DNA of 53,565 nt, the filler included, from Sphacelaria rigidula (taxonomy: Eukaryota), in assembly GCA_964200075.2 (NCBI GenBank). It is 4 parts of 4 records of this genome, joined end to end, with 100 filler letters (N's around TTAATTAATTAA, not from the genome) between each part and the next. Parts side by side here need not be neighbours in the genome. Positions count along the whole stretch, not along the records: positions 13,421 to 26,737 come from CAXNAA020002969.1; positions 26,838 to 40,151 come from CAXNAA020002970.1; 2 more parts are not named here. One strand, written 5' to 3'. Each line of letters begins with the position of its first letter. Position 1 is the stretch's first letter. A model generated the notes under the pieces. It made no database searches, was not told the origin of the DNA, and saw only the letters and a program-made list of their open reading frames with translations. The position numbers and the translations under genes were made by a program. This document shows, piece by piece, positions 24,783 to 38,400 of the stretch.

Positions 24783-25150
24783 TGTATGTGTGTGTGCGTG
24801 CGTGTTGCCATCCCGTTGATTCTGGACATCGGTCTACACCTTTCGGTATATGTGGGCGCACCAGCTGGAGTCACACAGGAGGAAGGCCAACACAGGAGTA
24901 TGTTGTTTTTTATTTGTTTTTCGTTCTCCACTTTCCTTCTGGGGTGCTTGTCTTTATTTTTGATCGCGAGAGGGGTTCAGCAGTCTCTTTCCCTCGTCGA
25001 CCGATGAGTCGAAGTTTGTGTACCCACGGCGTAGTCGCTCTCCACGTTTGGGCATTGCATGAGAAAAAATCCCAAATCGCTCCGAGATTCGAATCCACGG
25101 TTGGATTCAACCGTCAAAAGGTTTCGAGGTTACCAACTGAGCCACCGGGG
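24783..25150 (-). mobile_element. tRNA-derived SINE, family A
   Basis: Reverse complement begins CCCCGGTGGCTCAGTTGGTAACCTCGAAAC..GGATTCGAATCTC. Same body and CA-rich tail. Confidence 0.8.
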
Positions 25151-25267
25151 GGACCGGCTGTCGAGTAGTTCCGGTGATCGAGGCGGGCCATCGGAAGAGG
25201 GATGCTCTCGGATAGCAGCCCCCCAAACCAGCCCGAAAACCGTCACAAAGAAAATGGTCTTATAGCC

Positions 25268-25450
25268 CACGATAGCTGGTTTCAGAGCGCGAGAAGCGTC
25301 TAATATAGGCGATATTAGCGCAAACGATCCCGAGCACGGGAGTTCCCAACTGCTCGATGTGCTCGCCTTTTATCAGTTTGACATCCAGGCAGAATTTTTC
25401 TTCCTCGAACCAGTCACTTTCCCTGGAGGGGCTATCGCGGCTTCAGTCGA
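25268..25450. repeat. Dispersed repeat shared with 39595-39760
   Basis: GATAGCTGGTTTCAGA..CGGGAGTTCCCA.CTGCTCG.TGTGCT is present at both sites. Confidence 0.5.
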
Positions 25451-25910
25451 AAGCAGCACTTGAGTATGTGAGCGAAGTTGGCGAGCGTCCAGCTTGTGTT
25501 CCGACATTTACATGTTGAGATATAGATGCAGAGGTCATCAACACCAAAAGATGAAGCACCCGAACCTGCTTCTCGTGAGCACGGCACAGGAGAAAAATGT
25601 CTCTGAAAAGACTCGACTGATATGTAGTGGGGCTGGGTACTGGCAGAGCCGCAGTCAGTATACTACTATTGTTCAGGGTGTGCTATTTGTATGACAAACC
25701 CTTCCTTGGTTTGGCCTGAGGGCCTGCCTCAGCACATTGGGTTTCGATCAAACCTGTGCGGTGGAAAGCATAAATCTCGATCTGATGGGTCGTAATTTCG
25801 ACCATCGTCGTGAATTTTGAAGATGGTTGAAATCATGATCCATCAGATCGGGATTTTGGTTCGCACCGCAAAATTTTGATCGAAAACTAATGTGCTAAGA
25901 TAGTCTTTAA

Positions 25911-26385
25911 GGCCGCTCCCTTAAGCAAAGAAAAATACGGTCCTGTAAAAACGTTTTGTTGGTTCTTCGTCGTTTGACGCCCTGTAAGAGAGCTAGGCGG
26001 AGTTTGACACCTTGGAATGACTTGCTCTGCAAAACTCGTTGAGACGATTCCAGGACATGTTCGCGTTTTTTTTTGGCCGCAGTCTTTCATTTTGTCAAAC
26101 TTGTCTTTTTGTAGAAGAACGGCCAAGAACGGTCACATGTAGGAAAACATGCCTTTTTTTTCTGGGCTTGACCTCCTCTGGACAAATTTATTCGTTTGGC
26201 GATTTCAAAACTGTGGCCACCGAAAAACGCGAAGGTGTTGTCGAACCGTCTAAACGAGAACAGCAAGTTATTCCAAGTTGTCAAACTACGCCTAGCTCTC
26301 TTCTAGGGGGTAAAACGACGAAGAAGGACAAAAAAGAAAAGCATTTCTACAGGACATTTTCTGTTTGCTATAATAAGGAGCGGCC
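25911..26385. mobile_element. Tourist-like (PIF/Harbinger) foldback MITE with TAA target-site duplication
   Basis: TAA|GGCCGCTCC ... GGAGCGGCC|TAA. The arms are imperfectly complementary over about 170 bp. Confidence 0.8.
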
Positions 26386-26737
26386 TAATGATAAATGACA
26401 AGAAAATATATCATTTCATGAGGAGTCGCGAAATAAGAGGCCACCACCGCCATTTACTTTGGATCCTGGATGCAAATATTATTTTTTTTCCTGGAAAAAT
26501 CTCTACTTTGGCCTTTGGCGAGGCTTTCGCGTGAAATGACGGCGAGACGAACCACTACAGCTCGGGATGATTTACGCTGACTTGCAACTTCGCATGGCAT
26601 AATATGCTCGATATAGATGTAATGGTATGTGTACCTCTTGTGGGTCAGCGACAGTTCGATAATAGTCGATTGAGGACCGACGCCCGGATGGGTAGGGTGA
26701 CTCGTGTACAGAGTCGAGCTAGGGGACATTGTAGGAG

Positions 26738-26837
26738 NNNNNNNNNNNNNNNNNNNNNNNNNNNNNNNNNNNNNNNNNNNNTTAATTAATTAANNNNNNN
26801 NNNNNNNNNNNNNNNNNNNNNNNNNNNNNNNNNNNNN
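26738..26837. other. Artificial scaffold linker
   Basis: Same 100-nt structure as 13321-13420. Confidence 0.95.
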
Positions 26838-27206
26838 CCCGTCGCCCCCGGTGCCCCCCCCTCCTCCCCCACCCTGCCTTTTGTCTGCTTCTGCGTACCT
26901 GGCGTGGGAGGGGGGGGGGGGGGGGTACTCTTTTGTTTCTTGACTTACTCGTTTGACCATTGGTAGGACGGGGGACCGTAGTTCCATATTTGCCAACTCC
27001 CCTGAAAGCCATCGTGCGTTTCGAATGTAACACAAGAGAGAGGCAGCCACCGCCGTGTGCGTTAACCCCACGAAGAAATATTCGAGACTCACGTAGGTTG
27101 AGCTCGTGCGTCTACCTCACGAATACCCATGTAGATCCTATCGAGGCTTATATCCCAATTTTCAAGGAAATGTCCACCTGGCCCTATCGAAGCCGCCGAG
27201 TTTTAC

Positions 27207-30200
27207 CTGGTACGTTCGAAGGGTGCTTGAAATCATGGATACAGCGACTGATCGAGACTTCCCGTTGTCGTACACAGTCGCACCTCGTAGCGTCATGTTC
27301 GTGTCATCCACGGCATAGCTGGGTCCGGGGGCAACCGACACAACAACACACAAGAAGCACGTTGGACGTTTGTGTTGATCGCGAAACCTCAAAACCTCCG
27401 CGCGAGCATTGTGCAACTGGATTCTTGCGCAGGCCAAGCTTGCTATCTCGCGTTATTATTGATTTGCGCGAATAAAGCCTATCCTACGAAAACGGGCACG
27501 ATTTCAAATACCAAACATGTCCATAAACATCCGACTTTTACCGCGACACCGCAACGCAGATGTCCATCTAGACCATACATGGCCGAACCGGTGTTCGCAT
27601 TGTTATTCTCCAGATCGCACTCCCAGCTCAAGTTCGCCCCCGCCGCGTAAATGGCCCCACCGTCCCTGGCTTGGTGGCCAAATATCGTGGACCCCTTGCA
27701 GGACGCGAGACCGACTCCTTGTTTGTAAATGAAGCCTCCAAAATCTGCTTGGTTGTATCTGAATGTCCCGTTAGATATCTGTCGACACGAATTTCGACGG
27801 GCGGGAAAAATTGTCAGGCATACCAACGAGTCTGCGAAGAGTTCGTAAGTTTGCGTCGTTTGTGCTTTTGTCGGCCGAGGTGTGAATGTTATGCCAAGTT
27901 CAAACTACTTGTCAAGGGACATTGGCTACGGCACAACGGCATGTTTTCGCGTGCGCGTTACGCAGTACATATACATATCGTAGGGCGGATACACCGAGCC
28001 GTTCGTTTCAAGAACGGTTACACATAATATCGAGTGACTTGTCCCCGATTTTCTCATCATATCGGGTCGATCACTTCTACCACGTCCTAAACCAAAGGCA
28101 AACATCAGCTCCAGAACTGGAAAGACATGGTGGGGACAGCTTTTGGCAATGCAGAAAGGACCTTGGGATTAGGGGATCTAGAATTGCTTGGGTACTAGAT
28201 ACAATACGTTCCGGGGGATTCGCGTTCTGTATCATGTTGTCGCAGTAGCCGCAGAACCTATTCCGCAGTCGTTATCAACACAGATATAGCAGGGTGCCCC
28301 TCCGCGAACTGCACTATGCTGTGGCTTTCGTACACCGAAAAATGCAATTTCGCCAACATATGGGGAGGACAAATGCCTCACTCTCAGCATTCACTTAACA
28401 CGGCATGGTGCAAAGGCTACCCTTGATGACAGGAATCGCCACATGCGGATCCCTTCTTTTTGGCGTTAATCCTTTTGCCTCTTCGCTTTCACTGTGTTTT
28501 GTACTAGTAGTCAAACCGTTCCATCATGAGAAAAATAATCTTCACAAATACGAATGACGCAAGTATCCCCAAGACAGTTTCCAAGCGTTCTCTTACCTCC
28601 AAGTGCGTATCGTCCTCAACCGAGAGCACTCCTCCCTCATTCGCAGCGTTGCTTTCGAATATCCCACCGTTAATAAACAGCGTCGAGTCCATGGTGACGA
28701 ACACTACCCCACCTTCACTTCCTCCATCATTATCCTGAAACGTGCCGCCTTGAATAGTGAAGTTGCCTTCGCCCCCGGAAACCAACACACCTCCCCGATC
28801 CTCGGCCACGTTACGGAGAAATTGGCCACCCGTGACAATCACGTTTCCCTTCGAATACATAACTCCGCCGATCTGCGTGGCACCGGGTGAATTTAACGGC
28901 ATCTCAATTGTACAATATGCCGTAAGTGAAAGTGAAAGTCGTTCTTTCAACCCACTTCCAGTGGAATCGACTGATCCAGTCATGCAAGAGCACAGAGAGA
29001 TCTACCCCATGATTCCGTCAGTCCTAGACTGAACTCCGGAAATGTTCGTTCGGTCGGTGGTATTGTATTTTCCTCGACACCTTAACCCATATCCCCCTAC
29101 CAATCCACGTTAGTTCTCGCGACACCTGGTATCGTGTCTTTTCCGTGTCATGAGAACATGTCTTCGCCAACCCGTGCATATCAAGTGCCGATGCTTCCAT
29201 TGTAGAGAGGTAATTTCCGTAATTTTAGATCTCCTCCTGCCCCCATCCCTTGACACGTGCTGCCTCTGCCCTCGGCATCTCGTGTTGTCCGCTCACCTCA
29301 TAGCTGTAGTTATCGATGAACGTGCCCCCCTCGATGAGAATCCTTGTGTCGCTGGTTGCCCCGAACACTGCACCGTCCGTTTTGCAGTGATTCCCCTTGA
29401 AACGATTCATGTCACCGAGGACTCTGATTTCAGAGTACCCGTTGCTGTAGATGACGCCTCCACTTTCTTGATAAGCCCGATTACCCTCGAATGTAGAGCT
29501 GCGGAGAACGACTGTCCCGCCAGCTTCATCCCATGTATCACCCGACGAAAGCCTGATTGCTCCGGCCTTGGTAGTGAGGTCGGAGAGGATGGGGGAGAGA
29601 GTGGGTGGGGAGCTACGTGGAAAGAAGAGCGATGGCTTTTAGAGGAGAAGTGCCATTGCTGCTGCCACAAAGTCACACCAACAACGGTGAAAAATCCCAA
29701 GCTGACCGGTACACCAGAGTGTGCTTAACTTTACTGGTCGTGCGTGGTACGTTGCAACTTCCACGTAGATCTCGCGGATATTTTCGCTGTCAGTACTGAC
29801 ACACACCGGTCGCCACATACGTTTCTTTGAGATTGTGTGATTCGCAACAAGATGGGCTCCTAATAGCACAAAATAGTTTGGAACTCACCGGGCGGCCAAG
29901 TCTGCCGTGAGCGTGCAGATACTGTGGTACACTGTAGCATATTCACATCGACAGAAGAAAAATAACCACTCATCCCCCCGGGGAGAGTACAGACCTTTTT
30001 TGCCGCGGAGCATCCTTGCACAGTGGTGTTCACCAAAATCAACGTGCTGCCCTCGCCTACACTAAACGCACCACCTTCGCCTTGATCATCTTCGACGTTG
30101 AGCTTTCCCGCGGTGCTGTTAACGACCATACAATCGTGGAACTCGACATAGGACGGGTCGTCGACGTTCTCGACGTGAGCCGTGCCACCCGCGTTTGCCG

Positions 30201-31616
30201 CGTGGTTGAGTATGAAGGTGGAATCGTTGACGCCGCAAGGCCCCACGCCATCGAAGTCTCGTTGGCAACCGCTCAACACTAACGCACCACCTTCACCTGC
30301 CGCTGTGACGATCATGTCGACATTCGTTCCAAGAAAAGGTGGCAACAAGAAATGACCAAAACCTCGTGTATTTTAGTTGCAGGTGTCGGGGGGTGTACGC
30401 TACGCATGACGTGCGGGAAACAAATTTTACGTTGGCGTTTCCAGAGGTGCATGATAACTTCATGTGCACCTTCGTTCGCTCACCATCGGCGGTACCACTG
30501 CTGCCGACCGAGTTGTTGTAAAACGTTGAATTGAGCACGGTGATGTTCCCGACTTCCTGAAGCAAGGCACCGCCCTTCGCGCCGGCAAAGCCATCTTCAA
30601 ACAGGCAGTTTTCGACACGAATGGCCGTGTTTTTCACCTGCTCACGAGAGCACAGAGCAGTGACAATTAATGTGGCATCACCCCGCCGTTTCGGACACGA
30701 CCGTGACGACCGGATAGTCTTGTTGAGTATTTGTTATTAGCAGCAGCACTGCACTGCAATTAACGGATCGAGCATTGGTTCGCCACGTCACCATATGCGT
30801 ATCTTTCACACCGGACATGTACTTTCCAACGTCGGCGCTGCGATGCAAACGACTATAAAATTTCACTTCGGAGCGCAGTCCTCAGCGCTCAGGTAACACG
30901 TATACCACCCCAACTGGATGTGTCACCTCGATTCCGCCACCAGATCCGACGGCATTTTCAATGTCATCCTCTGCCGTATTTCCGGCGGAGCACCGCCGGA
31001 ACACCGTATCCTGCACAATCACGCGAGATTCATCCGCTCGTATTCCGCCGCCTGACTCTTCGGCAAAGTTGTCTTCAAACAGAGACCGTTTGACTGTCAA
31101 GGTAGCACCATTAGCGTATACGCCTCCACCGTGCGTCTCCCCCTTCCCCACCGAGCTCGACGCGTTGCCTCCGCGAACGGCAATGCCGTCCAGGATTAAT
31201 TCACCATTCTCAACAACGAAGATAGGACCAAACGCTGTCTCGGCCACCGCAGCTGAATCAATCGCATCTGTTTCGGGACTACTATCGCTGTCACCGCCAC
31301 TGCTACTGGTGATGGATCTGATGTTGCTGCTGCTGTTGCTGTAGCTTCCGACGATGGTGACGGAGGTTCCCCGCCCGATGTGAATGGAATCTGTCACGGT
31401 CACTGCACCGATCCAGGTAGCCGTGAAAGAGCCGTTCTCGCAATCAAAAATGGACGCCAGGTCGAACCCGGAGGACATGGCGGAGGACGTGATCAACAGT
31501 TCGGAGTTATCTGGCTCACATGTTTCCGCGACTACGCCAAACACTAGAAGGAGACCGAGCACGAGGTGTGCCAGAAAGGCTGTGGTGTAGCATGCAGCCA
31601 ATTTTGCTGGCGACAT
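27207..31616 (-). CDS. Polymorphic outer membrane protein (Pmp)-like / adhesin-like beta-helix protein, 3'-partial, 7 exons
   Basis: Phase-compatible exons 31616-30927, 30637-30484, 30296-29995, 29566-29297 (AAG acceptor), 28872-28597, 27778-27579, 27318-27207. Likely ATG 31616 is followed by a hydrophobic signal-like stretch (FLAHLVLGLLLVFGVVA). Many GG[A/G/V][I/V/L] and FxxN repeats occur (FEDNFAEESGGGI, FLRNVAEDRGGVL, FESNAANEGGVL, DGGAIY). The gene runs toward the linker at 26738-26837, so the 3' end is missing. Confidence 0.85.
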
Positions 31617-32089
31617 GAACGTGTGTACATGCGGAAATGGCCACCAAGCGCATGTGCTTCGGCGCCCTCGTTTGACAAGACCATACCGCAGTGGTGGCAA
31701 CGGCAGAGTTGGCATATTTTCTGGTCTGAAGAGTCGCTCCACTGAGAATTCTTGATGGCGTTGAACTACGCGACGTTAGCTTAATAAGGGAGCATGTCGG
31801 ACTGCCTTTGCCCACGATGGTGACTTCGTCTACGTTCGAATAGGCAAGAGAGTCCACTCTCGTAGATGAAGCTGGTGTGCGTCTGCCTGTAACCTCCCTT
31901 TCGAGATCAACGAAGGATGAACAGAGCGCAGTGAGAGATTGTGTAGCAGAAGCTCCGATGGTCACCACTTGCAATCCGACGAGTCTCCTGGTCAAGTATG
32001 GAACGTTCGGACAACGGGAAACATCGTGATACTGTCTAACCTGAAACAGGGGGAGCTCTATGCGAAGGGGGGGGCATCGACAATGTATG

Positions 32090-32233
32090 GGAAAGTAGCT
32101 TGTGAAACCCCGAGGTACTCAAAATACACGAGCTCATCGGGAAGTCTACAGGTTCGTTGAGGAAGTCGTTTGTGAAGCTCCGACCGAGGTACTCAATATA
32201 AACCAGCTCATCGGAAAGTCTACAGATTTGTTA
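32090..32233. repeat. Diverged ~72-bp tandem duplication
   Basis: Two units of TTGTGAA..CCGAGGTACTCAA.ATA.AC.AGCTCATCGG.AAGTCTACAG. Confidence 0.7.
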
Positions 32234-33904
32234 TGCGAATTTCAACCAAGCACTGCGTCTCTGGGTCCGTTCATTGTCACTTATCGCTCAAACGTACCTG
32301 ATTTCGCGTAACGTGGCTAGCAAAACTTCATTGGTAGAGTTCAAGAGGATTGTGTGAAAACTAGGTGGAGCCTTGAGAGCTACTGTCGTGAGCTTCCGCT
32401 GTCGGTCCCTGATTACATGGAATGAGCTACTACATGAGAGCGTGCTCGCCGAAGTTATGACAAAACAAAAACATGAGCGCCGATAAAACCGCGACCGCAT
32501 TACTCTGCTTTCCATTCGTAGATCCCACGCGGCGTCTTCACCCAGCACGCAATACGGGGTAAAAAATGCTGACATCGGGTGCATGGGATATAACAATTTC
32601 GATACCCCATACGAGGCCAGAGGTCGAGATGCTATGAGCACATTCATGAGACAGGCAATGCACATACATCCACGATACAGCGGAAAACAAGGCCGTCAAG
32701 ACTACAGCACAATGTCGAACTTGTCACACAGATTGATCGAAACATGAACGGGGGCGCGAACGAGTGTCGGAATTCCTAGGTTGTATTCCGCACGTTGAAC
32801 CACGCAGATCTTCTTGTCTCAAAGGTATGCACAACGAGTGTTTGACGAGAAGCAAGAAGCCCCCTATTCGGTGATTTTTCCAATATTACTGGAACTCCAG
32901 CGAAGACGTGCAGGGGGTCCGGACCAGACACCACATCATGTAGAGTGTCAATAACAGCACCAAATGCGGTTAAAACGTCGCAAGAGGTGCGACACGGATA
33001 CAAGAACTCGGCGAGAGCATTATTGGACCCATCGAGTTTTTGCTTGATTGTCGTCAATACATGCTCAGAATCTACCCGTGGCCACGAGATAGATTAACCT
33101 AACGTAAATGAAGCGGAACACCGTGAAAGGACAACTGGAAAACAAAAGTAGGAAGGTGGGGGGGAAAATCATACGGAGTGAGCTGACAACGAGACAGAAG
33201 ATATGAAAGAAATGGAAGGAAGAGGAGGAAGGAAGGGAGGGGAGGGGGAAAGTGATACAAAAAGAGGGAGGAGAAGCGAGAACGCGGAAAATAAGGTGAT
33301 GAAGCAGAAGGAAAACAGATGCATAGCAGAAATGCACAGGAACACGAACAGGCAGCATTGCGAATGTTGTTTGCCAAGACAGGCAACAATGGGTAGGAAT
33401 ATGCCACCAAGGTTCCTATTCTGCAAAATTTCAAGATGCCCCAACATTGGGCGGGGACGAATCAGGAACGTTTGACCACGTACAAAAACCACGAAATAGA
33501 GCAAAACTTATTGCAACCCCATTCACGCGCTGATGTGTCACGACTCGCGAAGGGAAGTATCTAGTGCAGTACGTATTTCATGTAATGGTACTATAAACAG
33601 AAATGTTTCAACAACTACCCGTGTGCACCTCGTAACTGCGACCCCATCCCCAGATCGCCTGAGATCGCCAGTGCTCAATTTAGCTTCGATACCCATGTTG
33701 TTTGATCGACACAGCATATACACGCTTACATGAAACCGTGACTGTCGGGATTTTCACACGAAACTTGAAGCGATGCGGAGAAACCCTTGTCGAGTCTTCA
33801 GCGAAGTCGAGGATATACGCGTCTTCACTGTGTCATCCTCGTGAAAGTACCGATACAGTAACATTCTTACAAACTTTTCACAGGCACCGTAGGCAAGGTT
33901 GTTA

Positions 33905-34205
33905 TCCGGTACCGGTATTTGAGACATTTCATACCGTACTGATACCAGTCCAATCGGGTATTTCCAACTGTCATACCTCCGATACCCACGATACCACGGT
34001 AGCTCGAGATGCCAATACTTACGATACCTACCCAATCGGGTATTTTGAAATGTCGTACCCGCGATACCTACGATATCACGGTATTTCGATATTTCAATAC
34101 CTACCGTGCTCACTAAATCGGGTATTTTCAAACTCATACCTTTGCAACCCAGGCATACCACGGAATGGGATACCCCGCTAAATACCGGGGTTATATCCGG
34201 TATAT
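33905..34205. repeat. MITE-like element with GATACCACGGTA subrepeats, copy 1
   Basis: Collinear with 35215-35480 (GTATTTG.GACAT.TCATACC..CCAATCGGGTATT..GATACCCCG.TAAA). Confidence 0.6.
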
Positions 34206-34934
34206 ATCGGATGCATGGACTTTCCACGGTGCAGCAGCTGGTCCCAACTTACGCAAAGGCCAGAAGTTGTCAGAGCAGGTACGTCTTGTTTTCACAAGTA
34301 AGTAATACGTAGCATATACTGCCCATATTCCCCTGATTTTCGTGTGTGAATGAATTCAAATAAATTAATTTTCATGTATTCTGAAGTGCGGTCGATTTTC
34401 TTTGTCGATCTGATAAGCCCACCTAATTTCTTTTCTCAAAGGGTTTCAACTCAAACTTATAATTGATGGCGAGCGGAGAAAAACTACAGAACCATCAAGC
34501 TAAGATTTTTCGATCAAAAACATGCGGTCGAAAGGCACGAAGCGGCACTTGACTCCTATCTTACAGACCACCATACCAGATAACACCCGTTCACAGAACT
34601 ATGGAAACTCCATTCAACTCATCTTCAGCTACCACCGCAACCCTGCAGCATCGAGTACGAGATGAGCACAGGGAAAGATACACTGAAGTAGTTGCCTATG
34701 CTTCGTTTATTTTTTGTTGGCGAAAACTTGCGCATCTTTCATGATAGGATTAGCGACGGAATTGCGTGGTGCCGTGGGCAACCGAGTTGCGTACACCCTC
34801 ATGGACAGTGCAGGCAGTACAAAGCTGAACGTTGTTGAAGTCCGTCTCACGTCCCGTTATAAGCAGAGACAATTGATAGTCCTAGGCTGTCTACACGGCA
34901 CGTTGCCCGCTTCTTATTAAAATCCTACTGTACG

Positions 34935-35120
34935 AAACACGCACACACGCACTCAAAATACACTGCTTGCAAGCAGTGCACACAGTACAGACTGTATGTA
35001 CTGTACACGAGTGACCTCACGAATTTCACTGCCTGTTTTTCGATCAAAAGCTTGAAATTCGCGTGGACCCAACTCGACAAAAATGAGCGATTTTTGCTCA
35101 AACCAATTCCACAGCCCTAT
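34935..35120. repeat. Dispersed repeat, copy 2
   Basis: Matches 14470-14710 in direct orientation. Confidence 0.5.
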
Positions 35121-35214
35121 TTTTTCTATCGAAAAAAAGTGCCAAGACACGCCCTGAAACGCTTCTCCGCGCTGCCGGATGGCAGTTTCGAAGTCGGTAC
35201 AGAGGGTAAGAAAG

Positions 35215-35480
35215 GTACCCAGTACTCGTATTTGGGACATCTCATACCCTACCGATAGCGGCCCAATCGGGTATTGTCAAATGCCATACCTACGATATTT
35301 ACGATACCACGGTATTTTGATACACTAGTACCTACCGTACCTGCCTAATCGAGTATTTTCAAATGTCACAGCTACGTTACCTATGATACCACGGTATTCC
35401 GATATTTCAATGCCTACGATACCCACGCATACCACGGTATGAGATACCCCGGTAAAATCGGGCGTGCGCTCGGTACGGTA
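35215..35480. repeat. MITE-like element with GATACCACGGTA subrepeats, copy 2
   Basis: Direct copy of 33905-34205. Confidence 0.6.
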
Positions 35481-38400
35481 CCTCACCTCCGGTTCCCATG
35501 AAACGTTTTTCATGAGCGGCTATATGCATCAATGCGAAAATTTCGCCGTCTTATCGCTCTCCACTTCATACACTCTACCCTGCTTCCATCTCTGCCTAGT
35601 GCTTCCCAACACGGGCGGCTATTTTGAGAACACCATGAGAACACAAAGGTACCTAGCGTGCTGCAAGGACTTTTAAAATAGCAGACAAACCGCGCGATGT
35701 CAAGAATTGCGGATGAATTGTTTCAAGGATGCGCGAGGCCACAGATGATGGCCGAAGGGTGCATAAAACAACGAATCCTGAAAAACGAGCTTAATACTAA
35801 AATGGGATCGAAGTCGCCTTAAAAAATGTCACATGTTACGTGAAATAGTTTTGCGAATTCAACCAACTGGGGATTGTATATTTCTGTTGAAATTCTCTCT
35901 TGCTTGTCCTGTCGCGCATTGTTGTTCCGGCGTCTAAAAACAGCGGCTCCTAATTTTTGTGGTTGATCTCTACGATGAGGTTCAAGTGGCGTACCTTCTC
36001 TGCAGGGATGACGCGAAACAGATGAACAGTTACACGGAGCGAAAGTCTCTTTACCCCCAAATGTCTGCAGCAGTTAAGCAGTTGTGGCTAGGTGCACCGA
36101 ACGAATGCGGTGTACACGCGTGTCGATGACGGTATCACCGGTGAGAGAAGCAACGACAGAGAGGAAGCTCCTCGCCCGTGCCCTTTGTATGCCCTCGCTG
36201 GGCGATTGCCAAACTCTCGAGAGACTGGCATCATCGATGTTACCAGCATGTGCTAAATTTTCCATGTCCCGGTAGGCATGTTATGTTGCTGCACAGCCCC
36301 CCCAAAAACGCCGAGGTGCGGGAGGATCTCGTCTCTTCTTGTCTTTGGAGCTCACCAATGCAACGATCGATTCCTCTCTGCCTCTTTTTTGGACAGGACA
36401 CGCCTCTGTGTGCTGCAGAACACGTCGCTGAAAAACAGGGCGATGTTCCCGTTACCGCTACTATTGTTCTCTGCCACACACATGCCAGCAAGGACGGTGC
36501 GCTGCGGCAATGATAACAGATCCAATTTGAACGTGGGGGGTGTTATTCATCGTTGATTTTACCCGACATGACATATATGGCCCTCTGGGTGCGCGTCGAC
36601 AAGAGCGTGCCACACGCCAGTTGGGTGGGTGTATGAGGGATCAAACTTTGTGGAGACCTTGACATGCGGAGTGAAAAGAGATACCTATGGTGGCGACCTA
36701 ACTGTTGCTAGCGTGGCGCATAGGAGTGCCTCCATGCTGCGATCTGGAGCGCACACTATCTACGTGAACACCACGGTACGGTAGCTTCCCAGAATTGCGA
36801 TGTGAGGGGGTCATGCAATACAAGCTTGGACGAGATATCCACGAGGAACAAGCGTCCTCCATGATCAACCACTTATCGTTGAATTTGACACCCACACCAT
36901 CAACCGCCGACCGCAAAGGTCTTGTGGCTTTCAAGCAACGCTGTCGGCAGTACGGCAGGCAAAGCCGATCATAGGTAGCTTTCGTTGCTCTACTGTACTG
37001 ACTGTCGTCTGAACAGAAGCCACCGTAACAACACGCATGCACTGTATTTCACAACAGCTGTAAAAACAAAACAGTTCGATCTTCTTTACCACACAATTCA
37101 AAGGACTCGCAAGAGCCGCGGAATGATGGCTTCCCCGTTCCCCCGCAAGGTATTGAAGGACGACGACAGAGCTTTTGCAAGCGCATGTAACACTGACGGG
37201 AGAGCAGAGAGTTTCTCCTCCATGGAAATCCGAATTTTTCCACCTGCAAACCGTTTCATATGCATTGTTCTCTAATAAGAACGTCAAGATGTCGATTTTT
37301 GTTTAGTTCTGCACGCTTGCCTCATGCCAATCCCAGCAATGTTTGGTATTGTTGTTTGACAGTATCTTCGCACGTTCGACCGCACATGTATTTCCGGAAA
37401 TATTTTTCATTATATTTCCGGAAATACATGATGTTATCTCAATCTCGATTCCTGGTTTGTGTAGGGACCAAAGGGCCTTCAGAATTTGGTCTGTAGCCAC
37501 TGTAATTTCTCGCGTTCGACAGTCCGCAGTCACCATAAAGCATCGTCATTTGTCAACAAACCAGCAGGGTACATCCGACTGTCAGCTAAAAGCTTCACCA
37601 TACCATATTTTGTTCATCTGCGTACCCTTTTATGCTCACGTGCATATCTTTTCTGTCAAGTTGTAAAAGTACCGAGTCTCCGCAGAAGATACGTCGAATT
37701 GTCCCAAGCGTGCCCCATTTGTCATATGAGACCTCGCCAAGAAGGCGGAAATCAAACAACTCAGCAATTTGCTGAGGTCCCGTCTTCACCCCGAGACCAC
37801 GAGGGTGGTCCATTTGAATCATGCATACTTTTGTAAAAAAACGATGCCCATGCATCAGATGACCTACTCTCCCTATTTAAGCGTCAACGTGAGAAGAAGA
37901 GCCTCGAATATGTTCATGTTTGTGATTATCCACACTTTTTATCGTTCTGAACCGTTGAAAGCCAATGCCACTTGCTCAACGCCCTTTCAGACAATGGCAG
38001 AAGAAAATGACCATTTTGAAATTAATTTTTGGGCAAAAAGACAAAAGCGAGTACGTCACCACCTACTTCAGCCCCAACGTAGGTACAGGTAGCCGCGCAA
38101 GTTGGAGCTGTCAGTGCCAGGCCCAAGCCGCTCAAAACTCAATCCCGTCGCAAAGGCACGGCGCCCACAGCCCATGCTAAGCATGTACACCAACTTTCGC
38201 GAAACAAGAGCGCAATATAGGGCCGAAGAGCACCGCGGCAAAGAATGGCCTCAGACAATGGCGTAGGTGTACCCACTCAAAATATTATGTTTATTTTGTA
38301 CCGCGTTGTATCTTATGCTGTATGAAATGCCTGGAGACTCAAGAGCCCACGCTTATTTCTACCTATTATTTATACGAGCTAGAGACCCGAGACCCGTGCC

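Noticed and set aside
26950-27002. Possible eighth exon of the Pmp-like gene (GSWQIWNYGPPSYQWSN)
   Set aside because: The splice signals are plausible, but the peptide has no family motif and lies next to low-quality sequence at the piece end.
36178-36275. hAT-like C..H.LN motif (HHRCYQHVLNF)
   Set aside because: It is a single short motif with no other transposase motifs or termini nearby.
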